Assembly: GCA_048937405.1 (NCBI GenBank)
Contig: JBHLNF010000004.1
Span: 128,001 to 192,000, forward strand
Direction of reading: 5' to 3'
From: Promethearchaeota archaeon
GTDB taxonomy: Archaea; Asgardarchaeota; Lokiarchaeia; Sigyniarchaeales; SOKP01
DNA length: 64,000 bases
Positions 1 to 9,974 of this stretch are shown piece after piece (position 1 is the stretch's first letter; the number at the start of each line of letters is the position of its first letter). The notes below the pieces were generated by a model. That model did not search any database. It saw only the letters and a list, made by a program, of their open reading frames with translations, and was not told where the DNA came from. The position numbers and the translations under genes are program-made.

Positions 1-913
1 GAATTCTATCTTGATATTTTTTTATAGGAATATCTTTGTATGTTATCCAAGGGGGATTTCCAATAACAATATCAAATGAATGGTATAAGCTTTTAATATT
101 TAAATTTGCCTGCTTCTCATAAATCTTAGGAAAAAGAGAATCAATCAAAAAAATGTTAATTTCTGGTATAGTATGATTTTTAAGATCATAATATTCTAAG
201 ATTAATAAGAGAATATTCGATTTTGTTGCCACTAAAGCAAGAGGATTAATATCAAAACCAAATATATTTGCTATTGCTTCAACCTTTATTTGATCCAATT
301 CTACAGAATCTAATATTTTAATTACGATATTTACTAAAAAATTACCTGAACCACATGATGGATCTAAAACTTTTGATCCCATCCAGTAGACGTCCTCAAC
401 CATTTTCTTTACTAAAACTAAAGGTGTATAAAATTCACCTATTTTATGACGAGTACCAGGAAGAAATATTTCTTGATATATTTTACTAAATAATTCCTCC
501 TTAGCATATTTCGCATCTTGAATTAGATTATTAATTTTATCAAATAAATCCTTACTAAATTTAATCCAATGGAAGTACTCAAATTCAAATAAGTTCAATT
601 GTTCTAAGTCGATTGTTAAATATTCCTTATAATTTCCTTTAATATTGAACTTCTTATAATTGGAAAGTTTAAAATATATTAAAAGCTCTATGAGTAATAC
701 AAAATAGGTGTGTTTAAGAAATAAATCTGAATTAATGTCATAACCATAAATATTAACATAAAAATCCCTCCACTCCTTTAATCTTATCTCATAAGATTTA
801 AGTTTTTCAGATTTTTGTTTAAAATATTTTAAAGATTCAAAATATATATTTGAATTTATTCCAAAAATTTCAGAAATAAATTGAGAGCTTAAGGATTTTT
901 TAATGTTATCCAT
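1..913 (-). CDS. N6-adenine/N4-cytosine (amino) DNA methyltransferase, N-6 methylase family; runs off the window start
   Basis: Not in the ORF track. Manual translation from ATG at 913 gives GEFYTPL, VLDPSCGSGNFL (motif I) and FDIVIGNPPW (motif IV) in one frame. Confidence 0.85.
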   Translation of the reverse strand, partial: MDNIKKSLSSQFISEIFGINSNIYFESLKYFKQKSEKLKSYEIRLKEWRDFYVNIYGYDINSDLFLKHTYFVLLIELLIYFKLSNYKKFNIKGNYKEYLTIDLEQLNLFEFEYFHWIKFSKDLFDKINNLIQDAKYAKEELFSKIYQEIFLPGTRHKIGEFYTPLVLVKKMVEDVYWMGSKVLDPSCGSGNFLVNIVIKILDSVELDQIKVEAIANIFGFDINPLALVATKSNILLLILEYYDLKNHTIPEINIFLIDSLFPKIYEKQANLNIKSLYHSFDIVIGNPPWITYKDIPIKKYQDRI

Positions 914-1014
914 TTTTTATCATTATACTAAAATTACTTAAACAAATTCAATATTTATTGATAGTTATCTGAAAGTTAATTGTGCTTTTATAAAATCTAA
1001 AAAGAAAGAAGTAG

Positions 1015-1524
1015 TCATTTTCTCATAAATGTGGGAAGCATTAGAGAAAATATCTCTGCAATCAATTTTAGCTTAGATTTCTCTTGTATTTTTGTAACTA
1101 TTAGTATTGATTTGGATAGCTCTTCTTTGTCTAGAGTACTCCCGGAATAAATAGCTTGCTCTGTATTAAAAAGTAATAAAAACCTTACGTTGGGATTATT
1201 TACAATGCTAATTCCTTGGGTATTCTTTAAATCATCATAAATATAGACGCTTTTTTTGGAATATTCACTCCTATCAGTTGTAATTAATAGGACTGGAATC
1301 CCTCGTCCAACAATTCTTTTGAGTTCTTTTGCATAAAACTCATCTATCTTAGGAGTTACGATATTCAATTGATCTTCTGTTGAATTAATTAAATTTATTA
1401 ACATATCGTTCAGTACATTTTTTTTTTCCACACCCCCACTAGATTCTATGTTTACCATCCCTACTAAGGTCAATATTTTATTTTCCAAGCTAGTTATTTG
1501 TTCTCGCAAGCGTTTGTTTTCCAC
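1015..1524 (-). CDS. Hypothetical protein: N-terminal coiled coil plus PLD/TrmB-C-like fold without an HKD motif
   Basis: LINSTEDQLNIVTPKID...VLLITT...FLLLFNTEQAIYSGS pattern; the start may be ATT at 1551. Confidence 0.55.
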   Translation of the reverse strand: MENKRLREQITSLENKILTLVGMVNIESSGGVEKKNVLNDMLINLINSTEDQLNIVTPKIDEFYAKELKRIVGRGIPVLLITTDRSEYSKKSVYIYDDLKNTQGISIVNNPNVRFLLLFNTEQAIYSGSTLDKEELSKSILIVTKIQEKSKLKLIAEIFSLMLPTFMRK

Positions 1525-1646
1525 TCGCAGTTCTACTATCCTATCTGAAATTTATATCAACTCTTTTTTAGTCTTCACAATAATAAATTTAGTAAATTAA
1601 CTATATTTTAATATTTTATATTTATTTGTTTTTACAAAAAAATCAT

Positions 1647-4238
1647 CTAAGAATTTATCTCTTTCCACGGTTTACCAAATAATGAAATACATGAAATTAC
1701 TAAAGTACTACGTAAATCAATTTTAGACGTGGTAATCCCGGAATTTGAATTTTTCATTTGTTGTTTTAAAGCCTTTTCCATCTTGTTTGCGATGTATTGT
1801 TGACGAGCCTTCAAGAAAGCGACTCCTTGACAAACCTTATTAAATAAATTTACCATGAAAATTGAAATAATTTGTCGAGTTTCATTATTAAAAATTGGAT
1901 AATTTTTTGAAGCAATTCCAGTAATTTTATCATAGTCAAATTGAGCAACGATTTCTGTAAAATTTTTTAATGTATTTCTTATTTTTTTTCCATCAACATC
2001 ATAAATTTGTGAATTGAAAAATATAAATGGTTGAATTTCAGAGGAGTTCTTACTTATGATCTGATTAATCTCATTAAATGTTAGAATCTGATTGTCATTT
2101 GTGAGAAAAAAACTATTTTTAGGACTCCAATTAGAATAGAAGATATTTCCCACAAAAACTATAATTTGATATTTTTCAGAAGATAAATTTGATATAATAT
2201 TCTCTCGTGTTGAATTAGGACCTATTAATGTTGCCAATTGTGTTACTTCTGATCTTTCATTAAAAAAATTTATCAAATAATTTATTTCATCTACTCCTGC
2301 TTGAAATGGAAAAAGTAATTCCTTTTGTTTTTGATTTTCATTCCATTTTAGAGGACTTTTTGAATTGATCGAATCAACTACTAAAACATTATATCCTATA
2401 TTAGACGACTCTAATGAGACATCTTTACTTTTAATATCATCAAAACCAATTCCTCTAAGTGGAACTTCGGATATTTTATAACCAATTGAATATTTTAAAC
2501 AGAAAAAGTTATTATCATAGATAAGATCAAAAGGAATGGTCATATTTTCTAATACAAAATATATTTGAGGGATATAATTCAAGTTTTCCATCTTATATGA
2601 TTTGAAGAAATTTCTTATTAGTTTTGGGAGAAACATATACAATAGTTCTCCATATTCGTTCAAATCAAAGTTGTATTTACGATCTTCAGATTCTACGAAA
2701 AGTTCTTCATAAAAGTCTACTAATTGAGAATCATTCCAGTATTCATCAGAGATTTTACCATCAATTAATTTACCATTAGTAGAAGTCATTCTATAAGAGA
2801 TTATCCCATTACTCTTGATACTAAGAATCAACTGTTTTATAGCAAAATCGTTTTGAAATAAATCTGGAGTATCATTATTGTCATCAAAAGCATAAATTTC
2901 TTCACGTAAATGCTTAGTTTCACTATATAGAACATCAAGATTAGTTATTATTTTACTAAAATCTTCATCTAAAAATGTAAGTATTTTTTGTGCTATACGA
3001 TAATTTTTTTCTTCAAAAAGGGCGCGATAGAACATCATTCTCCAAAAATCTCGTTGTTCCAATGCAAAGAACATAGATTTAAATTGCCATATAATATTAC
3101 AAGTATAGAAATAATGAAATATATCATTATTTTTTTGAGGCAATTTTAAGTGATTATCTAATTTTTCCAAGGATTGAAGAAGAAATTTTTTTTCTTTCAT
3201 AACTACAAACTTCTTGCATGCTTCAACCCATAATTCGATTAATAAATTATCATATGATAAATCTGTTTTATACATAAACAAATCCTCTAGAAAATCGTAA
3301 ATATCAAATGCAATTTCAAATCGATTTCTATTTATTGAAAAATCTATAAATCTTCGGGTATAAGTGACCGCTTCTCCAAATGAATTATATTCCTGAATTT
3401 TTGAGAAAATATTGCGTATGAAAAGAATAATCCATGAATATTCTCCAATATCGTTCAAATAATATATCAATTCTTCTAAATCAATTAAAATTGCATCAAA
3501 ACTTCTTTGATTAATTGAAATTCTACTAATATTACTAAACTCGGTTTTTAAATATCCTGGAAGACGGTTAATTAATAATTTATTAATCAATCTGACAAAT
3601 TCAGCAGAATCTTCCATTAAATCATACTTTAAACATACGTCTTCCAAAATTATATAAAGAAATAATGCTCGTTTACCAGGTTCTATATTAAAAATCGTTT
3701 TACCCAACGATTCCGTACTTAAATGAAAGAATTCAGAAGTTGCAACTGATTTTCTTAAAAATGCTTGCAATATCTGTAATTCAAATAATTTTTGAAACTT
3801 TTGATTTTCCTGCAATTTTTTAGAAAAAGAACTGATAAATTTGGTAATACCGATTTGAGATAAGTCATCCATTTTTACAAATTTTTTAAGAAGACTATCA
3901 CAAAAATTATTGAATAAATAGAAATCTCCTTGTTTTGATAAAAATGAGAAGAATCGTTTATATGCATCAATATATCTGATTAAATCAATACTTACTTTCC
4001 CATCTTTATGTTTTACTAATGAATTAATATACATCCACCATGAATTAGAAATAATCATTTTAAGTTGATGTTTTTTCTGAATATCAAGCCAATCATTTTT
4101 TTCTATTTCAAAACCCAAGCTGTCAAGTACATTACTTGCCCAGTTATGGTTCGCGGCGAAAAGTAATTTACGAGCAATAATAACATTCTTTTGGAAATTT
4201 TCCAAAAATTTCTTTCTTAAATCTAAATTCACAGACAT
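1647..4238 (-). CDS. Large helical-solenoid protein with C-terminal CHAT-like (caspase-fold) domain, probably inactive
   Basis: IPFDLIYD, STRENIISNL, YQIIVFVGN, FIFFNSQ, AFLKARQ and LFGKP follow the CHAT motif order, but the catalytic His and Cys are absent. Confidence 0.6.
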   Translation of the reverse strand: MSVNLDLRKKFLENFQKNVIIARKLLFAANHNWASNVLDSLGFEIEKNDWLDIQKKHQLKMIISNSWWMYINSLVKHKDGKVSIDLIRYIDAYKRFFSFLSKQGDFYLFNNFCDSLLKKFVKMDDLSQIGITKFISSFSKKLQENQKFQKLFELQILQAFLRKSVATSEFFHLSTESLGKTIFNIEPGKRALFLYIILEDVCLKYDLMEDSAEFVRLINKLLINRLPGYLKTEFSNISRISINQRSFDAILIDLEELIYYLNDIGEYSWIILFIRNIFSKIQEYNSFGEAVTYTRRFIDFSINRNRFEIAFDIYDFLEDLFMYKTDLSYDNLLIELWVEACKKFVVMKEKKFLLQSLEKLDNHLKLPQKNNDIFHYFYTCNIIWQFKSMFFALEQRDFWRMMFYRALFEEKNYRIAQKILTFLDEDFSKIITNLDVLYSETKHLREEIYAFDDNNDTPDLFQNDFAIKQLILSIKSNGIISYRMTSTNGKLIDGKISDEYWNDSQLVDFYEELFVESEDRKYNFDLNEYGELLYMFLPKLIRNFFKSYKMENLNYIPQIYFVLENMTIPFDLIYDNNFFCLKYSIGYKISEVPLRGIGFDDIKSKDVSLESSNIGYNVLVVDSINSKSPLKWNENQKQKELLFPFQAGVDEINYLINFFNERSEVTQLATLIGPNSTRENIISNLSSEKYQIIVFVGNIFYSNWSPKNSFFLTNDNQILTFNEINQIISKNSSEIQPFIFFNSQIYDVDGKKIRNTLKNFTEIVAQFDYDKITGIASKNYPIFNNETRQIISIFMVNLFNKVCQGVAFLKARQQYIANKMEKALKQQMKNSNSGITTSKIDLRSTLVISCISLFGKPWKEINS

Positions 4239-4262
4239 AAGATTTTAAACCTTAAATCTATT

Positions 4263-5459
4263 TTAATTATCATTTTGAATGGGTTCTTCCACATTTTGCA
4301 TTTGATTAGTATCTTCTTGACTTGGATTCATAATCCATCCTTTTTTTAGCTTCTCTTGAGCCCATAAAACTGACGATCCAATCCAACTAATATTTTCCCT
4401 TCCAGAAACAGCAATAACCTCAATTTTATTTTTTAATCTGTCTGAAAAATGCTTTGCTATTTCCATTTTTAAACGTTTTTCTAATTCAGGAATTAGACTA
4501 CCTCCACCCGCAATAATAATATTTGGGACAATTGCCTCCCAATTTTCACGATCCCAAAATTTTATGACTTTTGATACAGCTTCAGGTAATCCTAAATAAT
4601 CGATGTGAATGAGTGAGGGATTAAATAAAGGTTCAACAAGCAGAAATCTTTCTGCATTAATCTCCAATGATGACCCATCCGGTAAATCTATTTTACTGTT
4701 AAATTTTGTTAATCCATTATTTATTCTTTTCACTTCTTCTTCTGGATTAAAAACACATAAACATAATTTCTCTTTAATTTCCTTTGCTATCATATAATCG
4801 AGATTTATGGTTTTACTCGAGCCTTTTCTTGTCAATATTAAATTTAAAAGATATTTTGTTAACTCCTTACCGGTTATTGGATATAAATCCCTTGCCATCA
4901 CATTAGAAAACCCATGTAAAAACGTGGTTATAGTTGTGTTTTCTTCTCCCATATTAATAACCACTCCACTAGTTTTCTGTAGTATAGCTAAGATTCCTTG
5001 AGATTCTGATAAAAATAATAAAGACGGAAAGTTATATACATTGAAAAAAATATCTTGCAGCTTGGTTTTTTCCAAATCTGACATATTGAAAGGTGATATT
5101 AAAATAATAGGTTGTTTGAATTGATTTTCTTCCTCAATATTCAATTTTTTATAATGATAATAGAAATACTTCATGAAAACATTATAATTACTTTCTTTCT
5201 TGAAAAAATGAATTTTAAGAATGTTAGAATATTTTAAAGCTTCCTGTCCAAAAAGTAATTTTTCAGTATCCTTTTCAGCAATAAAAATATCTTCTAGACC
5301 ATCGATTACTTCTGAGGTAAATAAAAAATCATTTTTATCTACATAGATACTAGGAGCGATAATATCTGGAAAATCATCACCAGCCCAGCCTAATCGAAAG
5401 TTCTGACTTCCAATTTCAACAATTATTGGTCGTAACTTGCTTTTTTTTTCATTAGACAT
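4263..5459 (-). CDS. Actin-related protein (Asgard actin family)
   Basis: PIIVEIGSQNFRLGWAGDDFP, EIKEKLC, LPDG..L.I..ERF...EPLFNPS, NIIIAGGGS and SWIGSS align with actin signature segments. Confidence 0.93.
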   Translation of the reverse strand: MSNEKKSKLRPIIVEIGSQNFRLGWAGDDFPDIIAPSIYVDKNDFLFTSEVIDGLEDIFIAEKDTEKLLFGQEALKYSNILKIHFFKKESNYNVFMKYFYYHYKKLNIEEENQFKQPIILISPFNMSDLEKTKLQDIFFNVYNFPSLLFLSESQGILAILQKTSGVVINMGEENTTITTFLHGFSNVMARDLYPITGKELTKYLLNLILTRKGSSKTINLDYMIAKEIKEKLCLCVFNPEEEVKRINNGLTKFNSKIDLPDGSSLEINAERFLLVEPLFNPSLIHIDYLGLPEAVSKVIKFWDRENWEAIVPNIIIAGGGSLIPELEKRLKMEIAKHFSDRLKNKIEVIAVSGRENISWIGSSVLWAQEKLKKGWIMNPSQEDTNQMQNVEEPIQNDN

Positions 5460-5517
5460 GGTAATTTCAAAATAGAATTGTTAGTAAATTCTCGAAGTAA
5501 TCTTAAGTATTAATTAT

Positions 5518-6399
5518 CTATTTATAATACCCTACTTCATGAATAAATTCATCTGTAACTCGTTTTAATTGATATTCTTTAATTTGTAGCTCTAATAATC
5601 CTAATACTCGCTTAAATTCTCGTGACATAGTTTCAATATTAACTTCTGCAACTTTTTCAATTTCATTACGCTTAATTTTAAATTGTTCTAAACTCTCTTG
5701 AATTCTTTCAAAAATACTATTTATACTTATTGTCAAGTCATCTGTATTTTTCTTAGTTATTTTTCTCATTTTTCGCAAAATTGCTAATATATTAGATATT
5801 GACATTTCCCATCTATCATAGTTTTCGCCATAACTGACAAGTAATCCTTCAAAAAATTCTGTTAATTTTAAGTAAATATTCTCTTTTTTCACAAATGAAG
5901 GTTCTTTTTTAGTAGAAGATGATGGAGGTAATTCTTCGGCTTTTTCTAATGACTCTTTTTCGACAGGGATTTGTGTTTGTGTAGATTCAGGAGGTTCTAC
6001 TTGACTTATTTCTTCTGAGGGTTTTGATGTATCCCCTTTAGTTAGTTTATTTGATTGGGATATTTCTGCTTTCTCTTTTTTTTCAGGAATTAGGCTGGTT
6101 CTAGTTTTTTTTATATCTCGATCACGTTGAGTCAATGGAATATCTTCCATTACATAAGCTTCTGCAATTTTACTACGAGATTCATGTGTCAATTGAGGAG
6201 TAATCTTCATACCCTTATCTTTACTTGGAGAAATTACTCCTTGATCCTCAGATACACCTTTTAATAACTTTTGTAATGTAGTTTCAGTAGTCTTAGCCGA
6301 GTTTAATGCACTATCTAAAGAGTAATTAGGTATTTGAATCTCTTTTTCCTCTTTCTCTACTGTTTTCTTCTTTTTTTCTTTTTTCTTCTTTTTAGCCAC
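5518..6399 (-). CDS. Hypothetical protein: Lys-rich, disordered N-half and coiled-coil C-half
   Basis: 293-aa ORF co-oriented directly upstream of the actin-related gene. Confidence 0.7.
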   Translation of the reverse strand: MAKKKKKEKKKKTVEKEEKEIQIPNYSLDSALNSAKTTETTLQKLLKGVSEDQGVISPSKDKGMKITPQLTHESRSKIAEAYVMEDIPLTQRDRDIKKTRTSLIPEKKEKAEISQSNKLTKGDTSKPSEEISQVEPPESTQTQIPVEKESLEKAEELPPSSSTKKEPSFVKKENIYLKLTEFFEGLLVSYGENYDRWEMSISNILAILRKMRKITKKNTDDLTISINSIFERIQESLEQFKIKRNEIEKVAEVNIETMSREFKRVLGLLELQIKEYQLKRVTDEFIHEVGYYK

Positions 6400-6449
6400 A
6401 ATTTAAACCTTCTTTTAAATTATTTTTATAACACCAAATAAATCAATTA

Positions 6450-6851
6450 TTAATCCAAGGGAGAGAATTCTACTTCTAACGCTTCTCCCTTTTCCTTTAA
6501 AATATTCTTTAGTTGATCCCCATTAGTAGGACTTTCAGATATCGCAGTTAATTCTGCTTTAACATTCTTCTCAATAATTACAGTTTCTGTGTATACAAGA
6601 TTAAGCTTTTCTTCTGCAAAAATATCAAGTAATTTTGCTAAAGCTCCTGGAATATCTTTCATGATTATTTTTATTTTGATAAGATTACTTTCATCTCGTA
6701 GTCCAATAGGGGTTATCCTTATCTCTTTTGTTTCTGAATCACTAACTAACATTAATTGGGAATTGGTTGTGATGCCAAGATTCTTTCTTGTCACTAACGG
6801 TAATACGATCCGTCCTCGATTATCAATTGTTATAATTTTTACATCTTTCAT
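6450..6851 (-). CDS. AbrB/MazE-type DNA-binding protein fused to an ACT domain
   Basis: TIDNRGRIVLPLVTRKNLGI (AbrB) and MKDIPGALAKLLDIFAEEKLNL (ACT). Confidence 0.85.
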   Translation of the reverse strand: MKDVKIITIDNRGRIVLPLVTRKNLGITTNSQLMLVSDSETKEIRITPIGLRDESNLIKIKIIMKDIPGALAKLLDIFAEEKLNLVYTETVIIEKNVKAELTAISESPTNGDQLKNILKEKGEALEVEFSPLD

Positions 6852-7068
6852 ATTTTTTATTATCGTTTTACTGCTATAAATTTCTAACGATAATTTATGG
6901 TGATAGTATTATTATAATTATTATCAAAATTATTATTAATAACTTTAATGTAAATTCTTTTCGATAATCCTTCTTTAATTATAATAATAAGTAAATCCTG
7001 TTTACAAAATTAATTATCTTATTCTGTATGAGATTTCAATTTAGATAATAAAGGAAAAAAAATAATCT

Positions 7069-9207
7069 TTAGATTTGATCCTTATGAGCTTTCATTTTCA
7101 CTGTTAGGTCTCTTGCTCTTTTAGAATACCAAATTAATAAATCTCCAGCATCTTCAGGTTCAAAGTATTCTCCGCCACACAAGGATGCTGCACGAGCCAT
7201 TAATTCACGATCAGGATTCCCAAGACCTACTATATAGGTGACAACGTTAACATTGATTGCTAATTTCTTAATTTCACTTAAAAATAAGCTTTCATCTGTA
7301 GCAACCCCATCCGTTAATAGAATAATCATGGTAGGTTGGTCTGGATTCATTTTTTGGAACTCAGATAGAACATTATTAGCTTGCACCATCGCAGATCCCA
7401 TATTTGTAGCCTGACCATAACTATTACCTACTCGATCAACAATCATTCGAGCGGCATCTTCAAGAACACCTTTCTTACCACTTGCAGAATCCATATAGAA
7501 ACTACCACCAAATGGAAGAATTTGGGCCTCATCTGCAAATCTTATGACTGCGACTTTTTCTCCGAATCCTCGTCCTACCTTTTCACTTAAAAAGAGTACC
7601 GCAGCAAATGCAGCTGAAATTCTGCGAGGTATATTTATTCCATCTTTAAAATGTTTCAAAAATTCTTGAATTTCTCTAGACTCCATAGCAGCTTTGATTC
7701 CCTCAATAGCAGGTGCAATATTAACAACAAGCACGTCCCTTGCCATCATACTTCGGCTTATATCTATAATAAGTATAGCATTAAATGGAATTAAACCTAC
7801 AGGACTTAAAGATAAGGTAGTATTTGGAGTTACTTTAGCGAAAATATCCCCTGTTAGATCAGGGACAGTGTCAATAATTGAGCATGCAATATTCACAGCA
7901 GACCATCGTAATTTGATACCTTTAAATATAATATAATTTGAAATCCACCCTTTCATTGAATCGACATTTTCTCGAGCAGTACTTATTATTTCCCACATAT
8001 TTTCTCCAGAAATAGGTGAGATTCCTAATGAAATACTCTGTAATGGGATTATTGTTCTCTGGTTTTTTGATACTTTTACTTCAAAACTACCAATACCAGA
8101 AGCTTCTAATATTTCACTATCAATTACAATCACATTATCTGGCGTTGTTTCTGATATATCCACCTTTCCAGCGCCCATTGCCCCAGTAAGTTCATCTTCA
8201 AAAGCTAAAATCTCATCGGGTTGGAGTGACAAAGTATATTGAGTACGTGGACTAACCAAAGCATAGCCCATCAAATTTGGTTGAGATTGGACTTCCAACA
8301 TTAATTCTGAAGCTGTATGTATTGGTGGTTCTGTAGAGTATATGACTATTTGTTCTGCTTTTATATTTGTATCTTCATAGGTATCCTTACTCATTTTTAT
8401 TTCATTCATTCCAATATTTGCTTGGTCTATTCTTGCTGACCCCATTGCTCTTGTTAACGGATCCTCCCATCCTATTAACATTCCCTGTCCTAAGCCTAAT
8501 TGCTGAAGTATACCAATATTTAATTGTATTCTTCCACCTTCGATACTATTATCTACTATGGGTGTCAGAATTATTCCATTTTTTTGAGTTTTTAGGGTAT
8601 TAATGTTAATTTTATTTGGAAATGGCTCAACTGGAGCCGTGGGTTGTATCATTTGTGGGGTAGAGCTTGGTTGTGGGATTTCCATAGGAGGAGGGGCTTT
8701 CGATGGGAGGGGTGATAATGAAGGTTGGGGGGTAGTATAAGGAGTAGGAGTGGGTTGAGGCACAGGAGTAGGTACAGGAGGAGGTGGATGGGCAAATGTA
8801 GGAGCGGGTTGGGGTACAGGAGTGGGTGCAGGAGTGGGTGCAGGAGTGGGTGCAGGAGTGGGAACCGTTGCAGGTTGAGGAACAGATTTAGATTTTTTTT
8901 TTGGGACTTTAGGAACTTGTAATGTGGGGGTAAGTTTTGCAGAACCACTAACAGGGCGAACTGTTAATTCAACTCCCGAAAATTGTATAGTATCTAATAA
9001 ATTCTTAGCAAATTGTCCAGCAAAATCTAAAATGGTATCAGAAATTTCTATTTTAGCATTTGTTTTTAAATTGTTATCAATATTTAATACTTCAACTTTA
9101 TCTCCATTCTTTACTCCCAATTTTGTAGCATTTGACTGACAAATTAGTACTTTATCTTTTATCTCATTATTTGAATCGACAAAAAGTTTTATTTCTGCCA
9201 TAATCAT
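7069..9207 (-). CDS. Multi CDC48-N-like (double-psi barrel) domains, Pro-rich linker and C-terminal vWA domain
   Basis: Three 'LGxxxGDxV'-type segments; vWA MIDAS DISRSM, TNMGSAM and ILLTDG. Confidence 0.75.
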   Translation of the reverse strand: MIMAEIKLFVDSNNEIKDKVLICQSNATKLGVKNGDKVEVLNIDNNLKTNAKIEISDTILDFAGQFAKNLLDTIQFSGVELTVRPVSGSAKLTPTLQVPKVPKKKSKSVPQPATVPTPAPTPAPTPAPTPVPQPAPTFAHPPPPVPTPVPQPTPTPYTTPQPSLSPLPSKAPPPMEIPQPSSTPQMIQPTAPVEPFPNKININTLKTQKNGIILTPIVDNSIEGGRIQLNIGILQQLGLGQGMLIGWEDPLTRAMGSARIDQANIGMNEIKMSKDTYEDTNIKAEQIVIYSTEPPIHTASELMLEVQSQPNLMGYALVSPRTQYTLSLQPDEILAFEDELTGAMGAGKVDISETTPDNVIVIDSEILEASGIGSFEVKVSKNQRTIIPLQSISLGISPISGENMWEIISTARENVDSMKGWISNYIIFKGIKLRWSAVNIACSIIDTVPDLTGDIFAKVTPNTTLSLSPVGLIPFNAILIIDISRSMMARDVLVVNIAPAIEGIKAAMESREIQEFLKHFKDGINIPRRISAAFAAVLFLSEKVGRGFGEKVAVIRFADEAQILPFGGSFYMDSASGKKGVLEDAARMIVDRVGNSYGQATNMGSAMVQANNVLSEFQKMNPDQPTMIILLTDGVATDESLFLSEIKKLAINVNVVTYIVGLGNPDRELMARAASLCGGEYFEPEDAGDLLIWYSKRARDLTVKMKAHKDQI
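8817..8862. repeat. 12-bp tandem repeat CAGGAGTGGGTG x~3.8, encoding (PTPA)n on the minus strand
   Basis: Directly visible; lies in the Pro/Thr linker of the 7069-9207 ORF. Confidence 0.9.
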
Positions 9208-9438
9208 CCAACATTATTTTCAATAGTTTTTTAATATTTTAATATAATATAAGTGATACAGCTTAAAATTTCTATCAACAATTATTAATTTTACTCATTA
9301 ATTACAAACTAATATTAGTATAAGATATTTTTCTAAAATTGATAATAATGAATATAAAATATCATTAAATTAAATTCTTAAATATTTATTAGATTTTAGA
9401 ATAAAAATCAAAAGAAATTATTTCTTAAAATGTTATTT

Positions 9439-9828
9439 TTATGTTATTGGATAACGTTTTGCAATTTCTTGAGAGTAATATCTAAAAACTTTGACAATTT
9501 TACCTAGATCTGCTGTTTGTCTTGAAGCTCCCATTAAAAAAAAACGTCCAGCGGCACTAAGAATTATAAAACCATTATCACCACGTAGAACCACCTCGAG
9601 CATATTTGTATAACCTAAAGAAGCAACAGCATCACTTCCAGATTGAACAACAACAGCACTTAAACTTGAAAAGAGATCTGGATCCAAATTATAACCAGGA
9701 ATCGCACTAAAGGCTAACCTTAAACCCTCACGGGTAATTAAAGCCAAAGCTTCAAGTTCTGAATACTCTGTTATAGAACCAAGAAAAGTACTTAAAGCAG
9801 AGGCTTCATCAGGTGTTAAGTCACTCAT
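9439..9828 (-). CDS. Roadblock/LC7 domain protein
   Basis: ALALITREGLRLAFS...LFSSLSA...EVVLRGDNGFIILSAAG...DLGKI. Confidence 0.9.
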   Translation of the reverse strand: MSDLTPDEASALSTFLGSITEYSELEALALITREGLRLAFSAIPGYNLDPDLFSSLSAVVVQSGSDAVASLGYTNMLEVVLRGDNGFIILSAAGRFFLMGASRQTADLGKIVKVFRYYSQEIAKRYPIT

Positions 9829-9974
9829 AATTAACTAGGAAATACTAATCTTATTAATAATAATTAAAAAGTTTAAACTTAAAAATTTATATTACTGAGT
9901 AGTAAAATCTTTTTGCTAAGATTTAGTTAATCTTAATAAATTAATATGGATAACACTTCAGAAATTAGTATTTC

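Noticed and set aside
1-913. Complete restriction-modification system
   Set aside because: Only the methyltransferase N-terminal part is visible; no nuclease can be assessed within the window.
1525-1578. Upstream in-frame GTG with an internal TAA as a second intron or nonsense mutation
   Set aside because: No hairpin or BHB is visible and no conserved motif is interrupted; an alternative start explains it more simply.
8649-8948. Alternative-frame ORFs (LLHP and RSGC repeats) over the Pro-rich linker
   Set aside because: By-products of the GC-rich 12-bp repeat.
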